The notes beneath the pieces are model-generated. The model did no database searches and was not told the DNA's origin. It saw only the letters and a list, made by a program, of their open reading frames with translations. Below, one piece after another: positions 14,061-27,757 of a stretch of 64,000 nucleotides of DNA (within the stretch, counting starts at the first letter, position 1; each line of letters starts with the position of its first letter). Location of the stretch: contig NC_042998.1 of NCBI RefSeq assembly GCF_006345805.1, positions 78,306,001-78,370,000 on the forward strand. Reading direction: 5' to 3'. Position numbers and translations under genes: made by a program. Origin of the DNA: Octopus sinensis. Taxonomy: Eukaryota.

Positions 14061-14279
14061 CAGTGCTTTTCAAACTTTTTGCGGGAGCGGAACCCCAAGA
14101 AAAAATTCCACTGGCTCGAGGAACCCCTGTGCAATAATTTAATAGTCTTATGCACACATATCTGCACAGGAGACTTAAAAATTACTGCCAATTTTAGCAG
14201 TTTTGTAACTTCTTGCGGAACCCCTGCACTGTACTGGCGGAACCGTAAGGTCCCGCGGATGCCTGGTTGAAAACCACTG
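14061..14279. mobile_element. hAT MITE with perfect 8-bp TSD
   Basis: TIRs CAGTGCTTTTCAA / TTGAAAACCACTG; TSD TTCTAGAT at 14053-14060 and 14280-14287. Confidence 0.92.
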
Positions 14280-14406
14280 TTCTAGATGGTTGTAGAACAG
14301 GAATTGTGAACTCTAGAATTGGTAATGCTAACCGTATACCACTTGATAAACCCCAGCTGTGTCAGCTAGATAAAGGTATTTGATGGTTGTATAGCCGAAT
14401 GGTTAA

Positions 14407-14780
14407 GTAGGTAGGTAGGTAGGTAGGTAGGTAGGTAGGTAGGTAGGTAGGTAGGTAGGTAAGTAGGTAGGTAGGTAGGTAGGTAGGTGAGTAGGTAGGT
14501 AGGTAGGTAGGTAGGTAGGTAGGTAGGTAGGTAGGTGGGTGGGTGGGTAGGTAGGTAGGTAGGTAGGTGGGTAGGTAGGTAGGTGGGTAGGTAGGTAGGT
14601 AGGTAGTAAGGTGGGTAGGTAGGTAGGTAGGTAGGTAGGTAGGTAGGTAGATATGTAGATATGTAGGTCGGTAGGTAGGTAGTATGTAGGTAGGCAGGTA
14701 GGTGGGTGGGTAGGTAGACTGGTAGGTAAGTAAGTAGGTAGGTAGGTAGGTAGGTAGGTTTTGATGGATGGATGGATGGA
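14407..14780. repeat. (GGTA)n tetranucleotide array
   Basis: Directly visible, ~370 bp. Confidence 0.97.
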
Positions 14781-16419
14781 TAATATTAGATTAGACCAGC
14801 GAATGAGAATAGTGTAAGTTATCTTCGGTTTTGTGTAATTTGCTACAAATGAATTAACTTCATAGTCAACTTAGACTACAATGCATGGTAGAGAAAGTAC
14901 TTTAAGCACATACATTACGATAATAGGATGTTCCTGACAAAGCAACAGCCGGAATGAAGCAATGTGTCTTGAACAGCAATGCATTTTCAATCTTCTCTTG
15001 TACCTGATTCCCCTTAATTAATCTGGAACAGCAAATTTAGCTGACTCACTCACATTTAATATAAATGGCTCTGCCACTCAATTCAAGATGCATCATGTCA
15101 AAGAAATACATTCGATATTTTTACTCAGCGGTTACAATCATTGCAGAATTATTTCAATGGGGCTTTTGTCCAGCTTTATGAATTTTGTTAGCTCAAGCAT
15201 TTCAGTTTGACTTTTTGATTATTTATTCCTTTCTTTTTCATTTTTCTTTATTTTATTTTACTCTTCACAATAGTTTTTCTTTTCTTTCATTAAAAGGGTT
15301 AATTTTATTCATTACAAGTACGGATATTTTCAATCTTTCTCTGCACATTCATGTTAAGTGCGTTAAATGCTTGAAAATATCAGTTAAGAATGCTTCTTTA
15401 CAGCACCACGTTTCATGACTAAGAAGGACAATCAGCTCTGACTCTTCTCATGTAAAAAAAAGAAGAAAAAAAGAAGTAAACGTTTTTCTCTCAGTCCATA
15501 AAATCTTGAAATCATATTCTTCTTGAGATAATTATCTCTCTTCCGTGTGCAATAGTTGTTCGTTCTGCTGCTTCCATAGAAGAACAGAATATGGTAACGG
15601 GTTTGATTTCTTTAAGTCTAAACCACTTGAAGTAATTAAACCTTTTGAATCTCGTTCAGTATTTTGTGAGTATCTTGTGGTTTAGGAGTTAAAGAACTTG
15701 AAACAAGAGTTTGTCTGCGAAGGAAACAAAATGCAAAAGCAAACTCGGGGTTCTTTTGCAAGGCCAACACTGAAAATATCTGAATCTTCCCATCATAGAC
15801 GGAGAAATGTCCGAGGAAATGCTGAAGCATGCTTTCCATGACAAATTATGAGAAGATAACAGCCAACAACATCAGATATATCAGTGTCTTATGCTGTTTC
15901 TGGAAGAAACGTACAAAATATAGATTGTTCTATGATGTCTTTATTACTTACAATACTAGAAGCTTAGCTTTTGCAATTGGCCGATGACTCATCCAAAAGG
16001 ATTACAAAATATAAAATTCTCCAATACTATCTATCATTTATGACTCATGTCTTTCTTCAGAAGAATCTTGTATGCATCGACTAATATTGTTATCTGACAT
16101 AGAATGGTAAAAGAAATGTTCTCCTATCCTTGCTTAGCAGAATATTTACGACCACACAAAAAAAGTTTTCAAAATTACTGACTCAGCAGTGGTGTGTGTG
16201 TTTTTGTTTTGTTTTATTTTGCTTTTTTTTGCTTTTTTTGGGGGGGGGGTTACTTTATGCAATAGTTTCCACAAGAACATGGTTTGCTTTTTCGAAATAG
16301 GTATGACTTAGCTTGGTCAGTCATAAACCTTTTAAAATATTCAACAGGTTTGTAACATAAATCATCAGAATTATAGTGGGCGTTCTTGAGGGTGACAGCA
16401 AGTTATGTCGCTGTTATTA

Positions 16420-17070
16420 GATGGTGATTATGAGGGACTTTCGTATATACCGCAAACATGTGAGCTGAAAGGAAACCACTGATTCAAAAGACGAGGAAAA
16501 GACGAAGCACAGGGTCGGAGAGTTATACCAGAATATTTGCATTCTAAACACGATTAGTTGCTTTGCTAATATCAAGAGCTGCAGTACTATTTTCACTGAA
16601 TTTCTCTTTAGTAAGAGTCTAGTGGTGGGTGACATATGAGAGAAGGTCTGTTGCTTTACGAGAGCAGTAAAGAAAGAATAGAGATTCCAGGTATAAAGAA
16701 GTTTGTTGCAAATAACTGTCTCGGTTACATTCGAAATATTGCAAGTGAATACCGTTCGACAATTGCCAGTTGTGTCAGAACTGCTTCCCTTCTTGGGAAT
16801 GGCATAAATTTTGACATATTTACTATGATCAGTAAGTAGACTTCTAAGGAGTAAGGGTCTGAAGAGTTTGGTGAAGATAGAGAATACTTCAGAATTTAGA
16901 AAAAATATTACGAAGTATATTCCTCTGGATCTTACGGCCCGCGAATACACCCTCCTTTCAAACTATTGTCGATAATTTTGGCCCCATCAAAAGAATCTAC
17001 ACCAAACTTTGTAGAATCCTCCAGTTCTTTCCTTCTTAAGCAAGATGACTTTGAAAGGGAAAAGGGCCTC
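16420..17070 (-). mobile_element. Decayed LINE RT fragment (CR1/jockey-like)
   Basis: YAIPKKGSSSDTTGNCRTVFTCNISNVTETVI resembles P(I)PKKG....NYRPISL..V.KV.E; downstream DISKA motif. Confidence 0.6.
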
Positions 17071-17274
17071 TATGTTTACTGCACACTTTGAATTTAATAC
17101 CACAATCCAAACACATGAGTATCTTTCAAATATATTCCTTTTCAAATATATTACTTTCCATACTCACCTCCCGCACACTTATACACCAGGAGCAAAATCA
17201 TTACTGGCCATTTCAAAGCAACAGCAAACTATTCCTAGTAAAAAAACATTATATCTTAAATGTTTATCTTTTAC

Positions 17275-17470
17275 TTCTCTCAATCATTAGATTGTGGCCA
17301 TGCTGGGGCACCGCCTTGAAGAATTTTTAGTCGAATTAAACCTAGTACTTTTTTTATATTGAAGCCTGATACTTATTGTATCGGTCTTTTTTTGTCCAAC
17401 TGCTAAGTTACGGAGACGTAAACTCACCAGCACCAGTTGTCAAGCTGTGGTGGGCACAAACACAAACAAA
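17275..17470 (-). mobile_element. SINE family B 3' half, degenerate
   Basis: Reverse-complement similarity to 10420-10610 (GGCCATGCTGG...CTAAGTTACGGAGACGTAAAC). Confidence 0.7.
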
Positions 17471-17501
17471 CCTCACTCCCCTCTCCATATATACATATAT
17501 A

Positions 17502-17579
<78 letters not shown>

Positions 17580-17701
17580 AATTTAGATTCATATGAATAT
17601 GGTACTTAAGTTGAGGCACCAGAATTTAGTATGGTATTATCCATACATATTAAAATAAGGTGATTAAAATCAAAATGAGAAACAAGGATATCCAGAGGTA
17701 A

Positions 17702-17788
17702 TGCAGTACGATCGTTTCATGCGACTCCATTTAATTGAACAATGCAATCATTACATCAATTTAAACTGTAGAGCAATCTTCAGCTGCA
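17702..17788 (-). ncRNA. Type-I hammerhead ribozyme with intact core and large helix II insert
   Basis: Minus: TGCAG CTGAAGA TTGC-(~50 nt)-GCAT GAAAC GATC GT A CTGCA; perfect 5-bp helix I, palindromic ACGATCGT helix III. Confidence 0.8.
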
Positions 17789-17789
17789 C

Positions 17790-18850
17790 AAAAACATAGA
17801 ATTTAATTAAATTTGAAGGACACATTAGTATAATTTTATCCAAAATCTCCAAGAGGATAAGGAGATAGACAAAGAACATGTTTTACCAACAGTTGTAACT
17901 GAAACCTTTTCAAAAAAGACACTGCTTTTCACTGATAATTTCTGTTATTTAGTTTTGATTACGGGACGGGATCAGTTTTAATTTTATAGACTAGTTTATC
18001 AAATCTAGGAGAAGACAGAGGGTAGTATCAGTTTGAGGTGAGGTAGAGTAGATAGACATTCTAAATGGCATAGCCATAAATCAAGATTTATTTGAAGCAA
18101 TGCTATGAGGTTTAGTGAGAGAATACTTCAAACAAGATGTTGGCTGCTATTAAGCAGACCAATGCTAATGGGACAGGGGAAGTCTTATCATATAGTACTA
18201 CAGTTTACTACTATAAAACAATGCTACTATGTATATACAGATAATGTTTAGGGTTACTCCAAAGATTATTAAAAAGAATATTTATGAATACTTTCAGTAT
18301 TTATCAAAATTTTACACAATACAGGGACAGAAAATATAGAAATAGTTCAATATTTATATACTTAAATACTAACTTACCATTTATCTTTAATTATTGATTA
18401 ATGAGGTGAAAAATGAGGTGAAAGAACATGTTAATTATATATTAAAAATTTTAGTCTAAGCAGATTTTTTATTTTAAGTAGTAAATATACCAGCATAGCT
18501 TTATATAAGCTGAGTATGAAATTTATAGAGATACAAGACTTAGAGTAATTTTATAAATATATAAATAAATAAGAGCTAGTTTCAAAAATAAAATAAAATA
18601 AAATGAAATAAGCATTGGTAGAACATTATAGAGAAGGGGTAAAATAGTTTATTTACTAAAACTATGGTAAGGAATATTTAGCTTTTTAACATGAATAGGG
18701 AAGATTTTTAGGAAAAATTTAATAATTCAAAATGTTAAAATAAAACTTATATTTACTTGTCGCGATAATATCTATACAAGACTGCTGTTTAATATTTTTC
18801 CCTTATGAGGTTTTTCACGTTAACTACTTGATAAATTCTTATAAAGATTT
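17790..18850 (-). mobile_element. Decayed Penelope-like element C-terminal / GIY-YIG region
   Basis: Fragments LNIPYHS, IYKI, TLCL and LNNRN on the minus strand, directly upstream of an HHR and a (TA)n tract. Confidence 0.4.
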
Positions 18851-19649
18851 TATCCTATTTTTAAATTGTAGATAGATAGAGAGAGAGCGAGAGAGGTGGG
18901 GGAGATAACGAAGGGAGGGAAGGGAGAGTGGAAGAGAAGCATGCATGTTAACGTTTATGTCATTATGTGTGTCTAGCAGACAAATGTTACATATAGATAC
19001 TAAAATTAAAATTTAACCTAAATAATTATATTTAACTTCTTATATTTCATTGCATTTTAATGCAGATGCGTGTGGTGTCTGTGTGTGTGTGTATGTGTGT
19101 GTGTGTAGCACAAGCTCGTGTAGCGACGATTAAGAATTAGAATATTATAAGTGCATAACAAGAATACATTCGAGAAACTTAAAACTTTATAGTCAATCAG
19201 ATATTTACTAAGTCATTGCCTTGTAAAAGTCCGCCCAAGTAAATAAACTTGATACAATTATACTAAAAGAGGCACACATACATACACGTTCTAGCAGACA
19301 CTATTCCTATGCACACACACACACAATTACACATACGCATACTTCCAGACACTCTTCAATTTCACATTAGTATTTAAGTTTATTCAGCAATCTAATACCT
19401 AATAGTACATATTGGTATATGCACAACTTCCTTCAAGAAAATTTAAACCAAAAGCGTTATGCGATTAGACATTTAATTATAATATTAACATTCCTTTAGC
19501 ACATTTGATAACTGCATATCAATAGCTTAACTTGCACACATAAAAACAAACATATGACATACATTTACATTCGACAACACCACGCAAAGCACGCACATAT
19601 ACGCACTGCGTAACTAAACCACAAAGGCATAGGCACAGACACACAGCGA

Positions 19650-21520
19650 AAGCAAAATATTTTTCCCGAGAGACCTTGCTTGCACACAATCAAATCCCTA
19701 TGCATAGCACTCATGGAAACTCATCTGAGGCCTGATATAGAGGATGCGGAAGTACACGTACCAGAATATACCTAATAACGAAAAGAAAGAAGGGAAAGGA
19801 GCCATGGTGGAGTTGCTATATGCATCCGTGAGGACCTCACACCCCAGGTCTTATTGTCATACTCAAATTCAGTACGAGACACTCTAATTGTATACATAAG
19901 GCAACACAATATCGTCATATGCAATACATATCGTCCATCCTCCAAACCACATAGGCAAGTTTGAAGATTGCCTCAAAAGAATGAAAGAAATCCTCATTAA
20001 ACTGGAACATCGCATAAGCATGTTTCTTATGGGTGATTTCAACTTCTTCAATATCAAATGGCTCGAGGGCCTCATGCTCTCAGGAATGACTTATTGCAAA
20101 CAAGTACAGGTGGAGTCCCTCCTCAACCTCACCAGTATCCTATTCATGGAGCAAGTTGTGCTCAGACCAACTAGAGCGAATATCATATTGGATCTCTGCT
20201 TCACGAGCAATGTGGACATCATTCATGATGTGAAGGTGACACCGACATTAGTTTCGGATCACAATATAATAGTGCTGTCTATGTATGGACCAAAAGTAAC
20301 AAGAGATATACAGCCTAAAGGAAGCACCTAAAAGCTCTCCAATCAGATATAGAGGATGCGGAAGTACACGTACCAAAATATACTATACTACGAACAGACA
20401 GAAAGGAAAGGAGGTATGGTGGAGTTGTCCACAAAGCAGACTGGAAATCGATCTAAGAGGAGATCCTTAGACAGGACTGGCCGGAATATCTCTCCACATC
20501 AGACATTGGCATGAAACTAGAAAAGTTCATGTTTGTTATGCAAACCATATGCCAGAAAAATGACCCAGAGCAGAAGACTAACACAAAAAGGAACATGATT
20601 CCAAGAGAGAGAAAGATCCTCATGAGATGACGGGTTAAGATTGCAATTTCCTTTAAGCAACATCCCAATAGTAGTGAAAGGTTCTGCATAAAAACAACAC
20701 TCATGAAAACTGAAAAAAAGGCTGCAACAATCTTCTTTGAAGGTGAGAGCAGACAAACAAGCCTGCGTTATAAAAAGTATCAAGTCAAACCTAAAAGCCG
20801 TCATTCATTATGCCGAAGAAACAGCCTCAGTACGCTGCAAAATAGGACCCCTCTTCCAAAAGGATGGCTCCCTCACAGATAACCCAACCAGGATCAGTGA
20901 GCTACTGAATGACCAGTTCAAAAGTGTCTTTACCACCCCGTTGGAACACAAATAAGTGAAAGAACCAATGGATTTCTTTGCCGCATCACCTATAACCTGC
21001 GAAACAGTTACAATGTATTACATCGACATTGCTGAAGATATAATACTAGCCATATATGACGTGGACGCAAACTCAACTACTGGCCCTAATGGTTTCCCAG
21101 CAATCCTCCTCAAATCGTGTAAGCCTGCCCTGGCGAAACCACAGTAGAGTCTCTTCCAGAGCTTCCTTGCAAATGGCAGGCTGATAAGCAAACTGAAGGA
21201 GGGTATAATATGCCCAATCCATAAAGGAAAAAGCAGTGCAGATGCCAAAAATTACAGACCTATCTCTGACTTCACACAACAGTGAAGTCATAGAATGAAC
21301 AGTCAGAGGGAAACTAGTCGCATTCTTTGAAGAAAATGGCATGCTGTGTGATACCCAGTATGGTTTCCGACCAGGTAGGAGTTGCCTGACTCAGCTCCTA
21401 CAGCACTATGACTGGGTGTTGAGGCAGTTACTCAACAACTCAAATGTGGACGAAATATACCATGAATTTGCAAAAACTTTTCATAAAGTGGATCATGGTA
21501 TGATATGCCACAAACTGCAT
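19650..21520 (+). mobile_element. CR1-like LINE ORF2 remnant (AP endonuclease + RT N-half)
   Basis: METHL, HGGV, FLMGDFNF, PTRANIILDLCF, SDHN, TGPNGFPAILLK, NYRPI, QYGFRPGRSC, FAKTFHKVDH; many stops and frameshifts. Confidence 0.92.
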
Positions 21521-21544
21521 ATATCTTTTGTCTTATATATATAC

Positions 21545-21630
<86 letters not shown>

Positions 21631-22118
21631 CTGAAGCATTAAAATTAATCAAAGGACATACTAAGTATGTCTACCTGCTGGAAATACCAGTCAAGACATA
21701 TTTAAATCGCCAAAATTCACTGATAATAACTATAGAAATCAACTGTCCAAAGGCAAACGGGCTAAGACAATCTCTCAGCATACATTCAAGTATTTGGACT
21801 CACGTAGACCGGTTTGTGGACTGACATAATAGCCTAACCATCCTCAGCACGCGTTACCATGATAGAACGCCCCAACCCGTCGTGTGGAAAGTCTGCGCCG
21901 CAACTGATTCGTTTTGCGCCAAAATCATGGCAGCCACCAGTGTGAAAATAATTTCAATACGGAGCAAATAATTTACGAGAAAAATAATTAATGAAGATAT
22001 CATTGCCTCTGCTATTATCTAGTGTAACAACATAAAACTGATAACAGCAGAATCAATATCTTCGCAAATTATTTTTTCGTGAATTATTTGCTCCGTATTG
22101 AAATTACACACACCCACA

Positions 22119-22152
<34 letters not shown>

Positions 22153-22194
22153 ACACACACATATTATATATATATATATATATATAATATATAT

Positions 22195-22228
<34 letters not shown>

Positions 22229-22313
22229 CATATATACATATATATACATATATATATATCCGCATATACATACATACATATATATATATATATATTTATA
22301 TCTGTATGTAAAA

Positions 22314-22344
<31 letters not shown>

Positions 22345-22689
22345 CATATATAACTCACGCTACATCGTAAATTGGTTCCAGGAAACACGACTTAAGTCGA
22401 ATTGACTTGTCTCTAGGCTAGGCTAGGCTAGGCCGAATTTACTTGTCTCTCAGCTAAACCAATAATAACCGTTCCCAGTTCTATATTTTATTTATAAATG
22501 CATTTTCTATAATACATGATTAATAAAAACCTATTTAAGCTTACAAAAAAATAATTTTTATTTTCTAATACAGTACAGTAAAAAAAAAGGAATTTAAATT
22601 TATGAATACAGTTTGGTGGTGTTTACTGTACATCGCAGACGCTTTATTTGTGAATGCGGTTTGCAATAAGACATTGTAAAATAAAAGCC

Positions 22690-23830
22690 TTTTCTAATTA
22701 GTTTTAAGCTCTGTAGTAACCACAGTTGAGAGCAGTAGTCCAGATGACTGAGGACAAAGGTTCTCCAAAGCAGAAGCATTTTGTTTCTCTTCCTGATCCT
22801 GAAGGATCTAAGGATCCAACCTGCATAGTCTTGCCATCTGAGCAATGTGCACATGGAAAGTTTCATCGTTGCTCGTGTACATTCCCAGGCCGCACACCGA
22901 CTCTAACTCTGGGATTACATTGCCTGCTGGTCCCGTGTACTTCAATGGTAGTTTTTTTGTGGGCTGATAGTGGAGTGCTTGAAATTTTGCGGCATTGAAC
23001 TGCATATTATTCTCATCTGCCCACTTATATATTGCCTTTAGGTCATTCTTCGCTCTTACGATGTCAGTAGGTTCCTTGACTGCCTGCGATACTTTTGTAT
23101 AGTCGGCATAGTTGATGAGTGTGGCTGACCCTATGGCTGATGACATGTCTTAGAGAACTGCTACAAATAGTAGTGGTCCCAGAAGTGTTCCCTGGGGGAT
23201 TCCGCTGAGGATTGGTGTCACTTCGGAGAGAGCCCCATTTGTTATGACAGTTTAACTTCTTACCTTCAGGAAATTATGCAACCACTCTCCCTGTCTACCA
23301 GCGATACCGAGGTCATGCAATTTGTGGTATATCATCCCATGGTCGACTTTGTCAAAGGCCTTGGCAAAGTCGAGATATATTACATCAACATTTGAATGTC
23401 TGAGCTGTTGTTCTAATATCCAGTTGAAGTGCTGTAGTAGATATGTTAGGAGGCAGCTCTTTCCTGGACGGAAGTCATGTTGCGTGTCTGTAGCAAGTCA
23501 TTTTCTTCTACGAATGTGGTCAGTCTTTTTTTGACAATGCGTTCCATGATCTTGCTAACATGTGAGGTGAGAGAGAAACGCCTGTAGTTTGTAGCATCTG
23601 CGCAGCTTCCTCCTTTGTGGACAGCGCAGATTATTCCTTTTCTAACATTTGAAGAAATGTACCGCATTCAAAGGAACTCTAGAAAAGCATTTGCAGCGGT
23701 TTTGCAAGAGCTTTCTTGCATGTTTTTAACAGAATTGCTGGGAGTCCATCTGGGCCTGTTGCAGAGATTGTGTTTATCAAGTCAATGGCCGACAATACAT
23801 CCTCTTCTGTAATATCAATGAAATTGATGC
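22690..23830 (-). mobile_element. CR1-like LINE RT remnant
   Basis: GPDGLPAI, HKGGS..DATNYR, DFAKAFDKVDH, SGIPQGTLLGPLLF, YADYT, LSHLDYCSQLW. Confidence 0.92.
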
Positions 23831-23863
23831 TCGGTTTTTTTTCTCAAGTAGGTTAGAGGTGTG

Positions 23864-23931
<68 letters not shown>

Positions 23932-24040
23932 GAAAAAAAACACCTTTTATCAATTCAAAATGAACAATAAATTACACCATCTAGAAATTACATATAATAG
24001 AAATATTAAAATCAAAATAACAATAATATACCGATATACC

Positions 24041-24261
24041 AACAATTTGTCCTCTTTGAAAGTCCGCTAGATCTGTCGCTTTAATGAATTACCTTTTTCT
24101 GATGATATCTGAAAAGAAACAGCAATTTTAACAAATCATATTAAGCAACACTAATAATATCAAAAAGCATAAAATAAACAAGCTTTTGACGGTTTTATAG
24201 ATATTTCAAAATGATGATGCTACGATGCTAGGTGTTTCCATTATTTTGTCCAACCCCTGTA
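24041..24261 (-). mobile_element. Second Tc1 5' fragment, same family as 6930-7350
   Basis: Aligns with 7135-7350; ends in CCAACCCCTG-TA. Confidence 0.85.
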
Positions 24262-24264
24262 TAA

Positions 24265-24930
24265 GTATTTTTTTCCTGCCTTTTAACCCTCCAACGCGGA
24301 ATATAGGCCACTTATAGTTGAATACAATGTCGCATAATTTTTCGCTTCTGTACTTACACTCTGCCATGAATGTCACCCTTTCTCTAGTTTCTTTTGTGTT
24401 GATCTCCGCTACGAGTTCTTATGCCTACCTTTCTTTCTATATCCACCCGGATTACACTGTAAAGCACTTTTCGCTACATTTGGTGTGTGTTTCTAATTGT
24501 GCTACCAATCCACTTCCACGTTTTCTTAAATATTTGCTCCCTAATCGAAACTTGATTTGTTCTTTGCCATAGCTCCATATTGCTTATGTGTTCGGGCCAT
24601 CTAATTTAAACTATACTACGCAAGCATCTATTGATGAATGATTGTATTTGCGCATTTGACTTAACTGTTGTTCGCCATGTCTCAGCCCCTTAGGAAGTAC
24701 GATGACGTTTTCAGGCGGCACTGACGAAGATATTAAGATGAGAATGAATAAGGCAAAGATCGCTTTTCCCGTGTTAAAAAAGTATGGACCGCAAGAGTAA
24801 TTTCAATAAAAAAACCAAATAAGAATTTTTAATACTAACGTAAACGCGGTGTTATTGTATGGGGCTGAGACATGGCGAACAACAGTTAAGTCAAATAAGC
24901 AAATACAATAATTCATCAACAGATGTATAA
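24265..24930. mobile_element. RTE-clade LINE 3' end with internal inversion
   Basis: Minus 24689-24280: GAETWRTT..FINRCLRSI..IRWPEHISNMELW..WKWIG; plus 24690-24930: GGTDEDIKMRMNKAKIAF..FNTNVNAVLLYGAETW. Confidence 0.85.
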
Positions 24931-24932
24931 GT

Positions 24933-24963
<31 letters not shown>

Positions 24964-24997
24964 CACACTTATATGTGTGTATGTGTATATATATGTA

Positions 24998-25051
<54 letters not shown>

Positions 25052-25113
25052 ATCTGTAAATCTGTATATGTTATATATACTTTACGTACACATATATATA
25101 CGTATGTATAGTG

Positions 25114-25153
<40 letters not shown>

Positions 25154-25459
25154 TATATATATATTACCTTCCCTAAGATGTTATTAATTGATTTGAAAAC
25201 TTTTATATTAGAAAAACCTATATAAATTAGCTGAAGATTATTCAGCATTTTAAATCTGCTGTAATATTTACAGCTTTTAATAAATGTTATAGTATTGAAA
25301 CAATGTACTAAATTACCGGATTCATTCTTGTTGCTTATTTTTGATTATAATCACCCCGCATATTTTTATGGGTAACACCATTCAAAATTCTGGTGCTTCT
25401 AATTAAGTACCATATTCATTTGAATCTAAATTGTTGCTGATATATATTAATTATATATA

Positions 25460-25506
<47 letters not shown>

Positions 25507-25513
25507 ATATATA

Positions 25514-25850
25514 TACTAGCAGTATAGCGCGGCTTTGCTGGGATTAAGTTAGGATTATTAAGTTAATCAAGCTCTTTATTACAAACCAAACTATGTAACA
25601 TCGACGTCAAATTTGAGCGAAATCCGTTGAAATTGGTAAACTTTTGGCTGAAAATGAGTTGCAGACAATTTGATTATGAAATCTCATAAGGAATCGGTTT
25701 ATCGATTTTTTCCACTCATCGATTGTTTCTTTTTTATTTTTGTTTTTTTCGTTTTTGGAGAACTTAAAGCATTCAAAGATCCCATGAGTCCTAAGTAATG
25801 CTGGCATCAAGCTTGAACAAAATACATCAAAATTGGTAAAAGTTACGGTT
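25514..25850 (-). mobile_element. Possible non-autonomous Helitron (3' end)
   Basis: Minus strand ends with a degenerate GC-rich hairpin then CTAG-T, next to (TA)n; similar terminus at 63014. Confidence 0.4.
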
Positions 25851-25989
25851 TCTTACTAGCGTTTTAAAATTTGTTACTAGCAATTTGTTACTAGCGATTT
25901 AAAATTTGTTTAACAACATTTTGAGTGAGTGTTTTTGTTTTGTAACCCTTTGCGAAGTAACGGCAGACAATAGTGCGTACAAAAAAAGA

Positions 25990-26590
25990 AAGTAGTACAC
26001 CCGAAATTTCAAGAAGTCGTGGTTGGAGGATGCTGAGCTTAGAAATTGGTTACGGCAAGATGATAAAAATTCTGACACCTGTTACTGCATTTGTTGCAAC
26101 GTTGTGTTGAAAAATGCTAACAAATCAATGCTGTTAGCTTAAAAAAACACTGCCAAACACAAGAAAGCTTTTGATTGTACGAAATCTGCCATTAAATTAG
26201 ATTCATTTAGTGTTTTAAAAAATAGATGATACATTAAATGAAAAAGTAGCTAAGGCAGTCATGCTACTAACAGATTATTTTGCTGAACATCGCGTACCTT
26301 TCATTCATATAAATCACTTAGTTGAAATTTGTAAAAAGGTCTTTCCCGATAGTGAAATAGCTAAGAATATACAAATGAGAAAAACAAAATTAACATACGT
26401 TATGCAAGACGGATTGCACACTATGAGAGAAACGAATTCTTGAAAATTCTCAAGAAAAAAAGTTTTCATTATTGATAGATGAGAGTACGGACATCTTAGT
26501 GACACAAATCTTAGCAACAGTTGTTCGCTTTTTTTATGAACAATCACCTAAAGTCAAGGATGTTCTTCTGGGTGCAATTGATTTTAATAA
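25990..26590 (+). mobile_element. hAT-like transposase remnant (BED-like Zn finger + first catalytic motif)
   Basis: FKKSWLED..RNWL...CYCICC, YFAEHRVPF, VFPDSEIAK..MRKTK, FSLLIDESTD. Confidence 0.85.
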
Positions 26591-27108
26591 AAGTCTTTTA
26601 TGATAACATGGTGAACCAGGTTAGTTTAAGCTACCCTACCACTAAAATGTACACTTTTTTGAACTTATAATATTCTCTGTGTGTATATATATATATACAG
26701 ATACAATACCAATATTCCACTGAACTGTTTAATAATTCCTTCTGGAAACTATCTTTAACATTTTCTTGAGAATGTATATATATGTTGTAATCTTTTCTGG
26801 CCAACATTTTAATGAACTTGTTAAACTTTTTTATATTTTCCCAAGATTTTCCCTTGTAAGCTGTTCTTAACATGTTCTTGTTATCAAAGAATGTATATAT
26901 GTATTGTAGTATTTTGTGACAACCAGTAACTAACACAACCAAGCTTTTACATGTTACTTTTGACAATCTTTTTCTAAAGAGTGAAACCGGTAAAGTTAAT
27001 AAACATCTTTTAAAATTGCATTTTCAAACTTCTTTCATATAATTCCACTCGTGCGGTACCTTACAACTCCACTTTGTTATATATATATATATATATTATA
27101 TATAATAT

Positions 27109-27161
<53 letters not shown>

Positions 27162-27240
27162 TAAATATTAGGGAATATATCCAAATTTACAGGGAAAAAA
27201 AATCAGATTTAGGATTAAATCCAATTTTATAGTAAAATAT

Positions 27241-27635
<395 letters not shown>

Positions 27636-27697
27636 TTATATATGTGTGTGTGTGTGTGGTGTGTGTGTGTGTCTGTGTGTGTTGTGTGTGTGTGTGT

Positions 27698-27757
<60 letters not shown>

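Noticed and set aside
13490-14400. Possible Gypsy integrase 3' remnant
   Set aside because: Only vague motif resemblance; cannot be supported without BLASTx
19650-23830. Convergent CR1-like pieces as one inverted element
   Set aside because: The overlapping RT regions are clearly diverged, so these are separate insertions
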